From Selaginella moellendorffii (Eukaryota > Plantae > Lycopodiophyta), in NCBI RefSeq assembly GCF_000143415.4, contig NW_003314264.1, positions 3,295,710 to 3,359,709 of the forward strand: a DNA stretch of 64,000 nucleotides, in the 5' to 3' direction. Shown here one piece after another: positions 37,801 through 52,400 of the stretch; the first letter of the stretch is position 1; each line of letters starts with the position of its first letter. Under the pieces are notes generated by a model. It had not been told where the DNA came from and made no database searches. It saw nothing but the letters and a program-made list of their open reading frames with translations. The position numbers and the translations under genes are program-made.

Positions 37801-38283
37801 TCATTCCATGTGTTTAGGACTTTTGGTCCTAACCATTCCCAGTTTGTTTTATAGTGCACTTGTGGCATTCCATTTCCATCCTCCCCAAACATCTTATCAT
37901 CGTTCAAGTCTCTTACTGCTTCCTCTAGCTCTTTAAGTGTGAAAGTTCTACATAGAGCTTTTGCTGACGAGTCATCTACTTTTTGAGGCACAGATTGGAG
38001 CACTTTATTTATTACCATTTTCCTTTTCTTAATCCATGGTTCTATAGTGAAGAGTCCTTGATAGTATGTCTCAGCCATCTTATGCATCTCATGTAAGCTC
38101 GTGTGTATCTCCCCTTGGTTGTCCTTGAGCCCGAACATTGGTAAAGACGTAACTTTTGATTTTATGAATTTATAGAATTCTTTGTTCAGTGCATTCTCAT
38201 TAATGTGCCATTTGAGATGACCCGACCTTATGAATGCCTCCATCTTTTCTGCTCTTAGGGTGAACAATTGATCTTTTGTCTTT
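34835..38283 (-). mobile_element. L1-type LINE, 3' part (RT and C-terminal zinc finger), decayed
   Basis: NWRPISMLNTLYKIIANALAKRLQ, DYEKAYDRV, RQG, SAYTDD, RYLGFQVG, CGARETQRHILWEC; multiple stops and frameshifts. Confidence 0.92.
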
Positions 38284-38340
38284 AAGCTCTATTTCGTTAA
38301 AGTGGGATTTATTCAGTAAAATGAGACTAGGTACAAATTT

Positions 38341-40304
38341 TCAAGTATTTGAAAATGACGTGAAATTATATGTTTTTTGTCCAGGGGCTAGACATATCTG
38401 GGGCATGGTGACTAGCGTCGTTTCATCGTAGAGTTGTGGGAGGGTGAGGACATTGGATCGCCGGAGGGACTCTGCCAGGTGACTGAACATGGCATCGACG
38501 TCTTCATGAGTGTGCCCAACCATGAGAAAGCCAAGTGTAACCGTTTCAAATATGCCTTTAGCAACAAGCATCGCCAAGTACGCGAAGACGTACATGTTTT
38601 TGTTCTCACTGCCAGCATTGTCTGTTTGGAGTAGAAGATGGGGTCACATCGGCCACAAGAACTTCCTTGAGATTCTGCTTCGTTTGGATGAGGCTGTGCA
38701 TTCACCGACCGACCAGCCTCGTCGGAATGGCATGAGGCCTCACGTGATAACCCTACAATCTGACGGCCAACATATTCACTGGGATGGCATGGGGCCCCAC
38801 GCGATACTGCAAGCCTTTGTTCCTCCTCCAGCTGAACCCTGTATGGGGTTCGATCGACAAGGGCCTTATGCAAGGGTTGGCCGTTCAGCTCAGTCTGCAC
38901 ACTTTGTAGAGACCTTAAGTGTTTTGCTAGGGACGCAATCATCATGTTTGCACCCCTGCCACCCCATAGAGGTACAAAGAAGTTCCCATAGTTCTGGGCA
39001 CCATGCCCATGAGCGATTATGCCAAACAGAGACACAGGCAGCTGCATGGATGAAGAGATTGCCTTGGGGGCAAGATTGAGTCGAGGTAAGCACGTCTTTT
39101 TCTGGTCCATTTTGTCATGGATGATGCAAAGGTAAGAGTCAAGTCTCTCCATGGAGAGAATCCTGTTATGATAATATGCAGTCCTGTAGCTTCTCTGCTC
39201 AATGTTGTGGTCGAGCCGCCTTCTAACCAACGTCTCTCGCTCTTGAGCGATGCAAGAATTCTTCAACAAAGCCATTTTGATAGCAGTGCACTCGTCACAC
39301 TTTGAAAAGCTGGAGTACTTTCCTATACTCACATCCCTGAACCTGTTGCTCCACAATCTACTAAATCTAGATTGGCTCAGCTTCCTATAGCCATTACTCT
39401 GGAGTTCCCGATTCACATCTTCCAATATGGCCCCCTTGGTATACATGGAAGGGAGAACTCGTTGGGTGTCGCGAGTTCCATCTTCCAAGAGGCGGGTTTT
39501 ATGTGGTTGCTGCTCACTACATGTCTCGACAAACCTCTTGAAGATTGCCTCTCCATATACAACATGACCCCTGGTTTTGTGAGTACCGTCGTTCCCATGG
39601 ACTGCCTGTTGAACCCTTTGTTCCTCGAACTCAGTTTTGATTCTGTAGAATGTGGTTCGAGGGACTCCATAAATGATTCTCCATGCCTTCATGCAGACCA
39701 AACCCCTATGGAAGACCATGCCCCCCACCTGATGTTCTGAAGCATCAATAGATGACCGTAATGCTTCATACACAAAATTGCGAGCTGCCTTCCAGGACAA
39801 TGTCTTGTATCTTGCTCTCTCCTCTTCAATAACATCCTAATCAGCATGTTGACAGCACCTCCTCTTGCAACAAGCAACTGTCGAGACCATTCGAACCTCC
39901 ATTGCCATTTTCTGCCTTTTTGGTTTGTTGCTCAGATCCCTTTGGCTGCGCTTTAGGAAGGTGTACTTTCTTTTCCCATGAAGAGATGTTCTGTCATCAG
40001 TTGTAGTGGTGTTTGATTGTGAATCCTTCACATTCTCAAACACTAAGTGCCTCAATTTCCACCGCACAATGCTTCCAATAGTCAGACTGTTTTCTTCTGT
40101 GTCAACAACCTCTAAAATCGCAACTCCAATATCATCCCAGCCCAATTCTTGATTAGCAACCGCATCTCTTGGATCGACAACTGTGGCTAAGCCCTCAGCT
40201 ACCACCTCCCCCTCGGGGTTGTTTAGAAACACCTTCACCTGAATCCATGTAGCACGGTTCTTAAGATCCACGGAGGGAACATGCGTCGCACTTGCGAAGG
40301 CCAT
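38341..40304 (-). pseudogene. Sola-like DDD transposase (DUF7869-type), disrupted
   Basis: N-terminal CCKRRCC...LVCMKAWRIIYG, KCDEC, then putative catalytic IIHDKMDQ, LQTDNAGSENKN and FLMVGHTHEDVDAMFS. In-frame TAG at 39837 and a frame change near 38650. 3' splice site just before the ATG (40306). Family assignment is from motif recognition. Confidence 0.8.
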
Positions 40305-40744
40305 TCTGAAAGTGCAGAAAAGAAGTTAAGACCATACAAAAAATGATTGGAGAATGGCCTAAATCATAACATACCAAACAACCTCAATAGCATGAGGCCA
40401 CATGCCATTTTGATAAACACACAGCTACAGGCAGGTAAAGAAACTATTGGCAATATGCTAGTGATGAACTTGCAAGCCCCAAGATGGCATGAGCCCTCAT
40501 ACCATTAGTGGTACCGTAGCGCCGCTCGCACCACTACAACTGCTCGTAGCGCCGCTCGCACAAACTGCCACTCGCATAAACTGCCGCTCGCAATGGCGCT
40601 CGCAATGCCGCAACCGCTCGTAGCGCATAAACCACAGCTCACAATGCCGCTTACACAAGCAGCGCTCACTGCGCTCAGCGGAACCAAGAACACGGCGCAC
40701 AAATATGATAGACCTAGGAATGAGTTCGAGAATTCAAAAATAAC

Positions 40745-42674
40745 ACACGCTTGAACGTCACATCAAATCCTCTGACAAACCAGATCTTATGATTCCTCTG
40801 ACAAATTTCAAACTGAGTAGCTTCTAGACTTTGCTGTCGGATGTTGAACTTTGTCACATCATGTCCTTGCCTCGATCCAGCTGTGCCATGTCCGTGATTT
40901 GAACTTTGCCATGCCATGTCAGCGATCCACACCAAGATTATTCGCCGTGTAAAGGAATAATTATGCTGTGTGTGTACGTCCATTTATGGCAATATAAGGC
41001 CACACGCCATTCAAAGAATAATGCTAGTCGAGCATTTTTTGGTGCATTTTTGGGTTCAAAATTGCATGAGCCCACACACTATAAAGTTTACCTGTACCAA
41101 AAATAGAAACAACTTTATTTACTTGGGAATTTAAGTGGTTGAGGCATTTTTAAACTCACAAACACATGCCCTACTTACATTCCTTTGGTTGCTTAAAATT
41201 CAAAAATATTATAAACCTTTCTTTTTGCATTTTCAATGTTTTCAAATATGGTTTTTGATTTTCGCAGGACCAGCCTAGTAATCTATTTGCATCCCGTCAT
41301 GTTTATAACTAGCTTTCGTTTGTCCCCTTCGCTAGCCTAAGATACATCTGCTCGGCATCTGCCTCTTACAACATTTGCCCAGAAAGGGCATCTTTCTTCA
41401 CGCAGCATTTGCCACATGTTTAGGGCTTAGGGTTTAGCAATTCAGTAGCTTGATAAACATGCAAATACAGAACTTGATGCAAAATCCTTTGATATGTCAC
41501 AATGCCCCTAGGACCATAAACACATTTCAATAGAGAGGGTCCTTTCATTTCATAACTCCTTACGTAGATCTTGGTGAAACCAGAGTTAGTGAAGTTAGTT
41601 TCTTGTGATCCCGCATCTAATTGTGATGTCCCTTTGCAGTGTCGATGGAAAGGTCAATGCACACCAAACTGTAAAATCTTGGAGCAAAATAACGGTCGGA
41701 TCTATGGCAAATGCCCCTGAAACATTGTAAGGCTCGTGTGGTCTCATATGGTGTCCGATCGAGATGCTTCTTTGCAGGGTCATCAAGAAAGACATTGTAT
41801 ACCATTCTGTAAAATCTAGTTGCGATTTAACGGTTGGATCTCTAGAAAACTCAAAAAAATCTCGCGCGTGTCAGAATATTCTAGGAATATACTCCTATGT
41901 GCCCCTTAAAATGGCATGCGGCCCTACGCCATTTAAGAGATAATGCCAGATGATGCCGAGCATTTTTTTGTGCATTTTTTGGGATCAAAATTGCATGAGC
42001 CCACACGCTTGAACGTCACATCAAATCCTCTGACAAACCAGATCTTATAATTCCTCTGACAAATTTCAAACTGAGTAGCTTCTAGACTTTGCTGTCGGAC
42101 GTTGAACTTTGTCACATCATGTCCTTGCCTCGATCCAGCTGTGCCATGTCAGTGATTCGAACTTTGCCATGCCATGTCAGCGATCCGCGCCAAGATTATT
42201 CGCCGTGTAACTACTCGGCATCTGCCTCTTACAGCATTTGCCCAGAAAGGGCATCTTTCTTCACGCAGCATTTGCCACATATTTAGGGAGGGTTTAGGGT
42301 TTAGCAATTCAGTAGCTTGATAAACATGTAAATACAAAACTTGATGCAAAATCTTTTGATATGTCACAATGCCCCTAGGACCATAAACACATTTCAATAG
42401 AGAGGGTCCTTTCATTTCATAACTCCTTACGTAGATCTTGGTGAAACCAGAGTTAGTGAAGTTGGTTTCTTGTGATCCCGCATCTGATTGTGATGTCCCT
42501 TTGTAGTGTCGATGGAAAGGTCAATGCACACCAAACTGTAGAATCTTGGAGCAAAATAACTGTCGGATCTATGGCAAATGCCGCTGAAACATTGTAAGGC
42601 TCGTGTGGTCTCATATGGTGTCCGATTGAGATGCTTCTTTGCAGGGTCATCAAGAAGGACATTGTATACCATTC
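40745..42674. repeat. Shuffled internal duplications in the transposon spacer
   Basis: 40745-40950 matches 42003-42210; 41353-41806 matches 42215-42674; 41005-41078 matches 41927-42007. Confidence 0.9.
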
Positions 42675-43401
42675 TTTATTTAGCTGAACATCTGGCATTT
42701 TTGGAAATACAAGATGCTTTGGAATATCCAATCATGCATGGTATAAATATAGCGAGGGTATTAAATGATATCCCAATCATGATCTTTCTTTTGGATTTCG
42801 CATGCATGCAGTCCGAGGAATGATGACGTTGCGGATTTCTTTTGGATTTCACGTGCATGCATGCACGCGGCAATCTAGAAATTAATGGTGGCGCCCAAGT
42901 CCGAGGAATGATGACGTTGCGGGATTACCAACCGTCGTGACATTTCGCGCGTGTGAGGTTAGGTTTTGCATTTTGCTTCGTACTCGCGCTCGCATCGCGC
43001 TCCCACTCGCGATCACGCTCACATTCGCGCTCATCTACCTTCTCTACAGGTTTCTCGTGTGCATTGGCGTCCACTCGTGCTTGCATCACACTCGCGCTTG
43101 CATCGCGCTCGTGTGCATTGGCGTCCACTTCAAGACACACCTAGTTTGTAACTTCGCCGCCAACTCCGCCGCCCACTCCGCCACCCACACGCAGCCCACT
43201 TGGCGTCCCGGGAGATTTCAGCGCCACTCTCCAACTGTAAGTGGCAGAGTAGCCTTGCTGCTACGATCCGCTGCACACACAGTGCACATTCGCCAGCGAG
43301 TCCAACCTCGATTGTCACGCCTCCATTCGGCTTCAAATGGTAAGTCTTTTAGGCCAAGTAGAAAATGGCATGAGGCCACATGCCATTCAGTAGCAACATT
43401 G

Positions 43402-46400
43402 TGTGAGACACAAAATCCCTAGGCCCCAAAGTGGAGCCGGAAGGGCGCCACGTGGTAGTGGCCGAAGCGAAAGCCAAACGAGCGTAACACGTTTGGAGTA
43501 AAAGCTCCGACTTGGAAGGTCGAGAGCAGGAGTGGAACTCCCAACAAAGTGCTCGAGGAGCAAGCACGAGGCAACCAATAAACAAGGTGTGAGACACAAA
43601 ATCCCTAGGCCCCAAAGTGGAGCCGGAAGGGTGCCACGTGGTAGTGGCCGAAGTGAACGCCAAACGAGTGTAACGCGTTTGGGCCAAAAGCTCCGACTTG
43701 AAAGGTCGAGAGCGGGAGTGGAACTCCTAACGAAGTGCTCGAGGAATGAGCACGAAGCGAGCAATAAGCGAGGCTCCAAAAAGGGACCCAAAAAGGACCA
43801 ACACATGACACGTGGAAGTGTCCGAGATGGACATGAGATGGAGTCTGAGACGGAGTCCGAGATGGAGTCCGAGATGGACCCGAGTTGGGGTTCGAGGTGG
43901 AGTCCGAGATGAAGTCCGAGATGGACCGAGACGGAGTCCGAGATGGAGTCCGTGATGGACTGAGACGGAGTCCGAGATGGAGTCCGAGGAGGACCGAGAC
44001 GGAGTCCGAGATGGAGTCCGAGGTGGACCGAGACGGAGTCCGAGATGGAGTCCGAGATGGACCTGAGATGGAGTCCGAGATGGACCCGAGATGGACCCGA
44101 GATGGAGTCCGAGATGGACCCGAGGTGGAGTCCGAGATGGACCCGAGATGGAGTCCGAGATGGAGTCCGAGATGGAGTCCGAGTCCGAATACTAATACAG
44201 GCAGTTGGGTGAAAGCCCAAAGCGATTGTCCCCCAGGGGGGGGGGGGGCTGCGGGGGGTTCCAAAAGTATAGTAGGGAGAGTGTGGGGGTTGGAGCCCAG
44301 TGGAGCCAGTTAGGCCAGGAAGGGCCAGTTAGGCCAGGAAGGGCCAGTTTGGCCCAGGAAGGACCAGTTTGGTCCAGGAAGGCCATACCCAGTGTTGGGT
44401 GATGAGCTGACCACTGGGAAGTCCAAGACTAGAGTGAATACAGACCGACAAGCGGGGTAGCTTGGTGAAGTGTTCAAGAGCCGGCTCTAGTTCCCCCGGG
44501 AGATCGACTGGCCGATGCTCCCAGTCCAAGTGTGGGTGGCACTACCTACTTGGATACCTGTCGTGGCTCAACGGAACCTCGCTCTAAGCCCATGGCTAGA
44601 GCACCTAAAGGCGAAAGGCGGGGAGAATACCCAAGTGGCTCGCGTAAGGCCACGGTGTTCCGAAATGTTGTCCCAAAGGCCCAGACTGTGGAAAGGAAGA
44701 GGAGCAGTCCTCTGGGGTAGTGACCAGGGACATAGTCGTGTGGTGAGGAAGTCCCAGAGGATCGTGGGACTTAGTGGTCGGGCCTGTGGACCTCGATCCA
44801 GTGGTAGTGTTGGCGAACACGACCATGGGCCGAAAGGGACTTGGTGAAGACCGGAAAAGGGATATTGGGGAAGGTTATTCCCCATATCTGTGGGCATCCT
44901 AAGGATGCTAAGGAGTGGATCTGGAATGATCACTCATGGACGGATGGCTCAGTCCTTGAGAGATGGGACTGTGATGCAGGTGGTGTTAGTCCACCGGTGT
45001 GACCAAGGTAAAGGGGCATGGCCTTAGCGTAACAGGCTGATATGTTGGTGGTGCCTTGGGTTGGTCATGGGATCGGACACGTGGAGCACTTGGACCAAGT
45101 GCACGAAGTTGAGTGGCGGGGATGCCATTCTCGGGGCTAGTAAGCCCAAGTCCAAAATAAGACTTACGGAGGTTGTGAGTGAGACTCCTCCAAGTGGTCG
45201 GAGGTGTGGTTAAGTGACTACAGTAAAATGGAAAATTTAGTCGCTTACACAAGGCTCCAAAAAGGGACCCAAAAAGGACCAACACATGACACGTGGAAGT
45301 GTCCGAGATGGACCGAGACGGAGTCCGATATGGAGTCCGAGATGGAGTCTGAGATGGACCCGAGTTGGGGTCCGAGGTGGAGTCCGAGATGGAGTCCGAG
45401 GTGGACCGAGACGGAGTCCGAGATGGAGTCCGAGGTGGACCGAGACGGAGTCCGAGATGGAGTCTGAGATGGAGTCCGAGATGGACCCGAGATGGAGTCC
45501 GAGATGGACCCGAGATGGACCCGAGATGGAGTCCGAGATGGACCCGAGGTGGAGTCCGAGATGGACCCGAGATGGAGTCCGAGATGGAGTCCGAGATGGA
45601 GTCCGAGATGGACCTGAGATGGAGTCCGAAGTCGAGACCGAGACCGGGATCGAGACCGGGACCGAGACCGAGACCGAGATCGGGACCGAGACCGAGACTA
45701 AGGCCGAGGCCGAGACCGAGCCCGAGTCCGAGTCCGAGTCCGAGTTCGAGTCCGAGTCCAAGTCTGAGAGGGTGAAAGCCCAAAGCGTTCGTCTCCCAGA
45801 CCCTGGGGGGTTTGGTGAGCTCCAAAAGTATAGTAGGGGGAAGACTGCAGTGGAGCCAGTTTGGCCAGGAAAGGCCAGTTTGGCCCAGGAAGGCCGGACC
45901 CAGTGTTGGGTGATGAGCTGCCCACTGGGAAGTCCAAGACTAGAGTGAACACAGACCGACAAGTGGGGTAGCTTGGTGAAGTGTTCAAGAGCCGGCTTTA
46001 GTTCCCCCGGGAGATCGTCTGGCCGATGCTCCTAGTCCAAGTGTGGGTGGCACTACCTACTTGGATACCTGGTGTGGCTCAATGGAACCTCGCTCTAAGC
46101 CCATGGCTAGAGCACCTAAAGGCGAAAGGCAGGGAGAGTACCCATGAGGCCCGCGTAGGGCCACGGTGTTCCGAAATGTCATCCCAAAGTCCCAGACTGT
46201 GGAAAGGAAGAGGAGTAGTCCTTTGGTGTGGTGACCAAGGACACGGTCACACAGGGAGGAAGTCCTAGAGGACAGTGGGACTTAGTGGTCGGGCCCGTGG
46301 GCCTTGATCCAGTGGTAGTGTTGGCGAGCACGGCTAAGGACGAAAAGGGACTTGGTGGGGACTGGAACAAAGATATTGGGGAAGGCTAATCCCCATGTCT

Positions 46401-49400
46401 GTGGGCATCCTAAGGATGCTAAGGAGTGGATCTGGGATGATCACTCGTGGATGGATGGCCCAGTATTTGAGTGACGGGACTGGGATGCAGGTGGTGTCAG
46501 ACCATTGTTGTGACCAAGGTGAATGGACATGGCCTTAGCGTAACAGGCTGATATGTTGGTGGTACCTTGGGGTGTCGGTCATGGGATCGGACATGTGGAG
46601 CACTTGGACCAAGTGCATAGGTTGAGTGGCGGGGATGCCATTCTCGGGGCTAGTAAGCCTAAGTCCAAAATAGGACTTACGGAGGTTGTGAGTAAGACTC
46701 CTCCAAGTGGTCGGAAGTGCGGTTAAGTGACTAAAGTAGAATGGAAAAATTAGTTGCTTACAACTTAGTATCGGAGCTGTTCCTTAGTCCGACTCTTATT
46801 GGTGGCCAAGCATATCACCACTTGTATTGGAGTTGGAAGGTCCTAGATATGGACATATCCTCGAGGAGTAGTATGTCGAGAGGACATGGCTCTCCACTCA
46901 AGTTCATGCGTGAACTTGTGCACGATGTGGTGGATGGAAGAGGGCCAGTAAGGGAACGACTTTGGGATCTTGGGAACAGTATAAGGGTTTCTTCAGAGAG
47001 CTGAGGATGTGATCCAGATGAGTGTTTGATGCAGCAAACGAGCTAATGTAGTTGTGGTAAACAACTATAGTTGGGATCACGGGGAAGATGCAGACTCCAA
47101 AAACAATAAAGGAGTCACAAGATTACCCTTATATGGTTGAGGCTGGTACTCATAAATTTGAGACTGGAATTGTTGACCGTGGGAGGTCAAATACAGAAGA
47201 GGGCACCAGTCCTTGAAATGGTAGCCGGGGTTACCTCTAGTAAATGCTGGAACAACCCAAGGAGTTGGGGGTGTACTTAAAGATGAGTTGCGATTCTCAT
47301 CACATGGACAAGTAGTCATAAGGGGCAAAGGTTAGCCCCAAGACAATCATCAAGTGTCAGAGTAACACTTGCAAAGATTGTCCTTGTAAGTAGGACATGA
47401 ATACAAAAAGTTGTATTCTAGTGAGTTGGCACCTCTAAGACTGAGACCTCGCAGGTTGTTGGATTAGCAAAGTCCAAAATGCTGGATGACTCAAGCGGAG
47501 TCAGGGAATGGTCCTAAGGGATTGGTTGGAGCATTTGGACCGAGGTGTATGGTAGCCATGAGGTATGGGGAGGATCATAAGATCCAAGTATGAGAACAGT
47601 AGGTATCTTATTGATGGCAGAATGTGCCATACTAAAGTTGTGGGAAAAATGTTTCCAGAAGAAAGCAACTTTGGCCTAGAGTTGGGTGCAAACACTATGG
47701 TGCGGTGCTAACGGATAGTTAGCATGAGGAGCAACTATATTGGTCTTGGCAAAGACCTAGACACTAATGAGTAGTGTCATAAGGGTAGGCTCATGGGGCT
47801 GATGGTGTGGAGACACCAAATGTGCCAAGGTGTGATACCTTGAGTTTATGATGGTGGGTTCATAAAAACCCCTTGCCAAGGGAATCCCAACGGAAGCAGG
47901 AATGGCATTGCCTAAGCTGGAAGGCATGCAGTTGGAGTGTGGTGACCCAGATAATGATGGAGGTGTGGAAGCACTAAGCAATGAGTGGTAGGACTTGACA
48001 ACTATGGGGCAACTAAGCAAAAGGTGCAAGATAATTGGTTAAATGGGTAGAAGGTAGCTACCCAAGACTTCTTGGGTGATAAATTGCTTATGTTGCGATA
48101 TAGTAAGTCAATGTCGTAAACGAGAATGCTCATTGTCAGGAGGCCATCATTGGGACACCCAAACACTTTAGAACACCAGGAGGTGGTGTTTCGTGTCGCA
48201 AGGGCAAAAGATAAGGCCCAAGGGACTAAGTCCCTAGCGAATGATGGATAGTAGGTGCTATCCAAATGTCCAAGGTTGTGGAGACAGGAGAAGACTGTCT
48301 ACCCGAATTGGACAAATCCAAAAATGGAATTTTGGCAAGGCTAGTGATGGGCATGTAAAGGCCCATAAGTAGCAACGTTAATCCCAATGTGTGGGATTAT
48401 AAGGTGAGCATGCCCATGATTGAGGAACCACTCCCTAAGCTATCGGGTAGGTTCATCCCTAAGAATATTTGCTAAGGCATAGTAAAATGTGCAAAGCTAT
48501 CCTCCTACTCTGGAGGAGAATAACCAAAGGAAACATATGGGGCCAAAAGGCAAGTAGTATTGGGATGGGACTGAACCATAGAAATCGAAGGGCATATCCA
48601 ACGGTGGTTATGCAAGTTGGGAGTGGAGAATCAAGAGGGTGCTCGAGGATGTTGTTGCTAGCAACCGTGATGCCATGGAGAGTCTAAAATATGGAATTGT
48701 CCATGTTAGACTATATGGCAACTATAAAGCTTGCGAAAATGGAGGCCTTAGCAAGCTAAGGGACGGAGTTCCTTCAAGGTTCCCAAAGACGATTCTAGGT
48801 AGCTTAGTACCTAGAAAGGCCAAGTGTAAATGGTTCATGGAACGCGCGAAATCAGAGTGGCGCAGCAGAAGCGTAGTCTTGAAGCTTACCATGAGGCAAA
48901 GTTATCAAGGTTAAGGAAGTAGTTCCCGAGTGTTCAAAGAGGGGGCTTTGAACGAAAGTCGATGGTCAAGGACTTTCATGCAGGAACCATATTACAGTGG
49001 TCGGAGGACTTGCCAAGCGAGATTGGCAAGTCGGGGGAACAAATACCCTAGTTGAAGGTGATAACTTCAAAAAGGGTGGGCCATGGGGCCAAGCATGGAG
49101 GAGTCCATGCATGATCACAGATTTGTCAAGCGAGAGGACTTGGCAGTGTGGAGGAACTAGGTTCCTAAGCTGTGATCTATAGCGCGCTTTAAGTACATGT
49201 TGGTGCACCGGCGTGGGGAGTCACGCCAGGCATCCGGTGTGATGCCATCCGTAGATGCATATACAGAGGTTGGGTTCGAGTCCCGACCCTCTAGTGCTTG
49301 GGTTTGAGTCCCAAATCACTAGGGCGTGGTGATGGTTTGGAATATGAGGACACTAATATTTTGGTGGTCATGGACTTTCAGTGGGGAGACTGGTTTGGGC

Positions 49401-52400
49401 ACACCGCCAAGTGAGGGATGCCTCGGAGTCATGATGCACGGTTAGATTGCTTAGTGTGAAAGCTCAGCATATCTAACTTGAACGCTTTGGTGCAAGTGGC
49501 ACCAAGGACGTGGTGAGTGAGATGGGGACACCTAATCTCAGTTGCTATGAACCCTTGGCCATAAGGGCTGGCTTGGGTGCACCGCCAAGTGTGGGGGATG
49601 CCCCCGGGGTTATGGTCAACAACTTGAAGGTCTAGAAGACCAAATACCTCTTGGCAACTCTGTTAAGGTGCCAAGGTGAGATCACTAGGTGATCTTATGG
49701 CCAAATAAGGACAAGGTCCTTGGTTGGCTAAGGAAGGAAGTTCCTGGTTCAAAATGTTGATTTGAACTATTTAAGATGGTGTGGCTTGGTCAAAGTGATC
49801 AAGTGGGAAGGGTACCTAAGGGAAATAAGCTATGTCCGTGCGATGGTATAGTGAGTCCAAGGAAAGTAGTTTTTATAAGAGACCCATGGGAGGGTCACGA
49901 AGTTGGGCTGTGGATAGAGCTCATAGCAGAAGATGCTAAAGAGACGTACTAGGAGTGAACATCCTCCAGACTTGGCAAAGAAGAGTCTTTGCTATGGAAC
50001 TGAAGGGATACCTCAAAAATGGAGGTAGCGATCCTGCGTTGTTGGGTGCAACAATCAAGGATAGGAGCAAAGGACTAGTGGCCAAGTTTGGGCCATGGAA
50101 TTTAATAGAAGGGATCCAAATGACAAAGTTAGCCAAGGAACACTAATGTGTTTGATGCTAATGGCTTGTGGGAAAGGAAGTGGACTTCCAAGGATGGATT
50201 CCTAAGTGCTCCAATTTGGCGAAGTAAAAACTCCAAATGAGGGAGCGGCAAAGTAGCCAAAAGATAGGGCCGTGGAAAGCCCTAGCACAAATTATGATAA
50301 CCGGAATTTAGTGCCAAAGGTGGCATGAAATCGAAGAGAGGATGATGTTGCCCTCGAGTATAGGACTTCCTAAGATGGGGAAGTGGAGTTGCACAATAGG
50401 TGCAATGCAAGGTGTCAAAGACACCCAGGAAATTGACTTCGAGGAGTCAAGAATTAAAAGTTCCAAAGTGCAAGGGTTATATCGATGAAAGTGAGACCAC
50501 TCAAGAATGTATAGTGGGATCGAGTTAGAGAAGGTGTCTCTAACAGGTTTAGTGAGAACTAAACCAATAAAAGGAGAGAACCACCACAAGTGGTCAAATG
50601 AGCCTCTAAGTCAGGGAGGCTATGCTCCTTAGAGGATGGACAAGGCATGGTAAGCTTTCAGAGTACAACCATAGACAAATATTGGCTGGGTGCCAAGGAT
50701 GGAAATGGTAATACCTGCGGGTGTTACTTTATAAAAGGGTTTACCGTTCGATGAGGACATCGAACTTCGTCTATGGGTGGTGGACTTCTGAGACACAAAA
50801 TCCCTAGGCCCCAAAGTGGAGCCGGAAGGGCACCACGTGGTAGTGGCCGAAGTGAAAGCCAAACGAGCGTAACACGTTTGGAGTAAAAGCTCCGACTTGG
50901 AAGGTCAAGAGCAAGAGTGGAACTCCCAACAAAGTGCTCGAGGAGCAAGCACGAGGCAACCAATAAGCAAGGCTCCAAAAAGGGACCCAAAAAGGACCAA
51001 CACATGACACGTGGAAGTGTCCGAGATGGACCGAGATGGAGTCCGATATGGAGTCCGAGATGGAGTTCGAGATGGACCCGAGTTGGGGTTCGAGGTGGAG
51101 TCCGAGATAAAGTCCGAGATGGACCGAGACGGAGTCCGAGATGGAGTCCGTGATGGACTGAGACGGAGTCCGAGATGGAGTCCGAGGAGGACCGAGACGG
51201 AGTCCGAGATGGAGTCCGAGGTGGACCGAGACAGAGTCCGAGATGGAGTCCGAGATGGAGTCCGAGATGGAGTCCGAGATGGACCGGAGATGGAGTCCGA
51301 GATGGACCCGAGATGGACCCGAGATGGAGTCCGAGATGGAGTCCGAGATGGACCCGAGGTGGAGTCCGAGATGGACCCGAGATGGAGTCCGAGATGGAGT
51401 CCGAGATGGACCCGAGATGGAGTCCGAGATGGAGTCTGAGATGGACCCGAGATGGAGTCCGAGATGGACCTGAGATGGAGTCCGAAGTCGAGACCGAGAC
51501 CGGGACCGAGACCGGGACCGAGACCAAGACCGAGATCGGGACCGAGACCGAGACCAAGGCTGAGGCCGAGACCGAGCCCGAGCCCGAGTCCGAGTCCGAG
51601 TTCGAGTCCGAGTCCGAGTCTGAGAGGGTGAAAGCCCAAAGCATTCGTCTCCCAGACCCTGGAGGGTTTGGTGAGCTCCAAAAGTATAGTAGGGGGAGGA
51701 CTGCAGTGGAGCCAGTTGGGCCAGGAAAGGCCAGTTTGGCCCAGGAAGGCCGGACCCAATGTTGGGTGATGAGCTGCCCACTGGGAAGTCCAAGACTAGA
51801 GTGAACACAGACCGACAAGCGGGGTAGCTTGGTGAAGTGTTCAAGAGCCGGCTCTAGTTCCCTCGGGAGATCGTCTGGCCGATGCTCCCAGTCCAAGTGT
51901 GGGTGGCACTACTTACTTGGATACCTGGTGTGGCTCAATGGAACCTCGCTCTAAGCCCATGGCTAGAGCACCTAAAGGCGAAAGGCAGGGAGAGTACCCA
52001 TGAGGCCCGCGTAGGGCCACGGTGTTCCGAAATGTTGTCCCAAAGTCCCAGACTGTGGAAAGGAAGAGGAGTAGTCCTTTGGTGTGGTGACCAAGGACAC
52101 GGTCACACAGGGAGGAAGTCCTAGAGGACAGTGGGACTTAGTGGTCGGGCCCGTGGGCCTTGATCCAGTGGTAGTGTTGGCGAGCACGGCTAAGGACGAA
52201 AAGGGACTTGATGGGGACTGGAACAAAGATATTGGGGAAGGCTAATCCCCATGTCTGTGGGCATCTTAAGGATGCTAAGGAGTGGATCTGGGATGATCAC
52301 TCGTGGATGGATAGCCCAGTATTTGAGTGACGGGACTGGGATGCAGGTGGTGTCAGACCATTGTTGTGACCAAGGTGAATGGACATGGCCTTAGCGTAAC

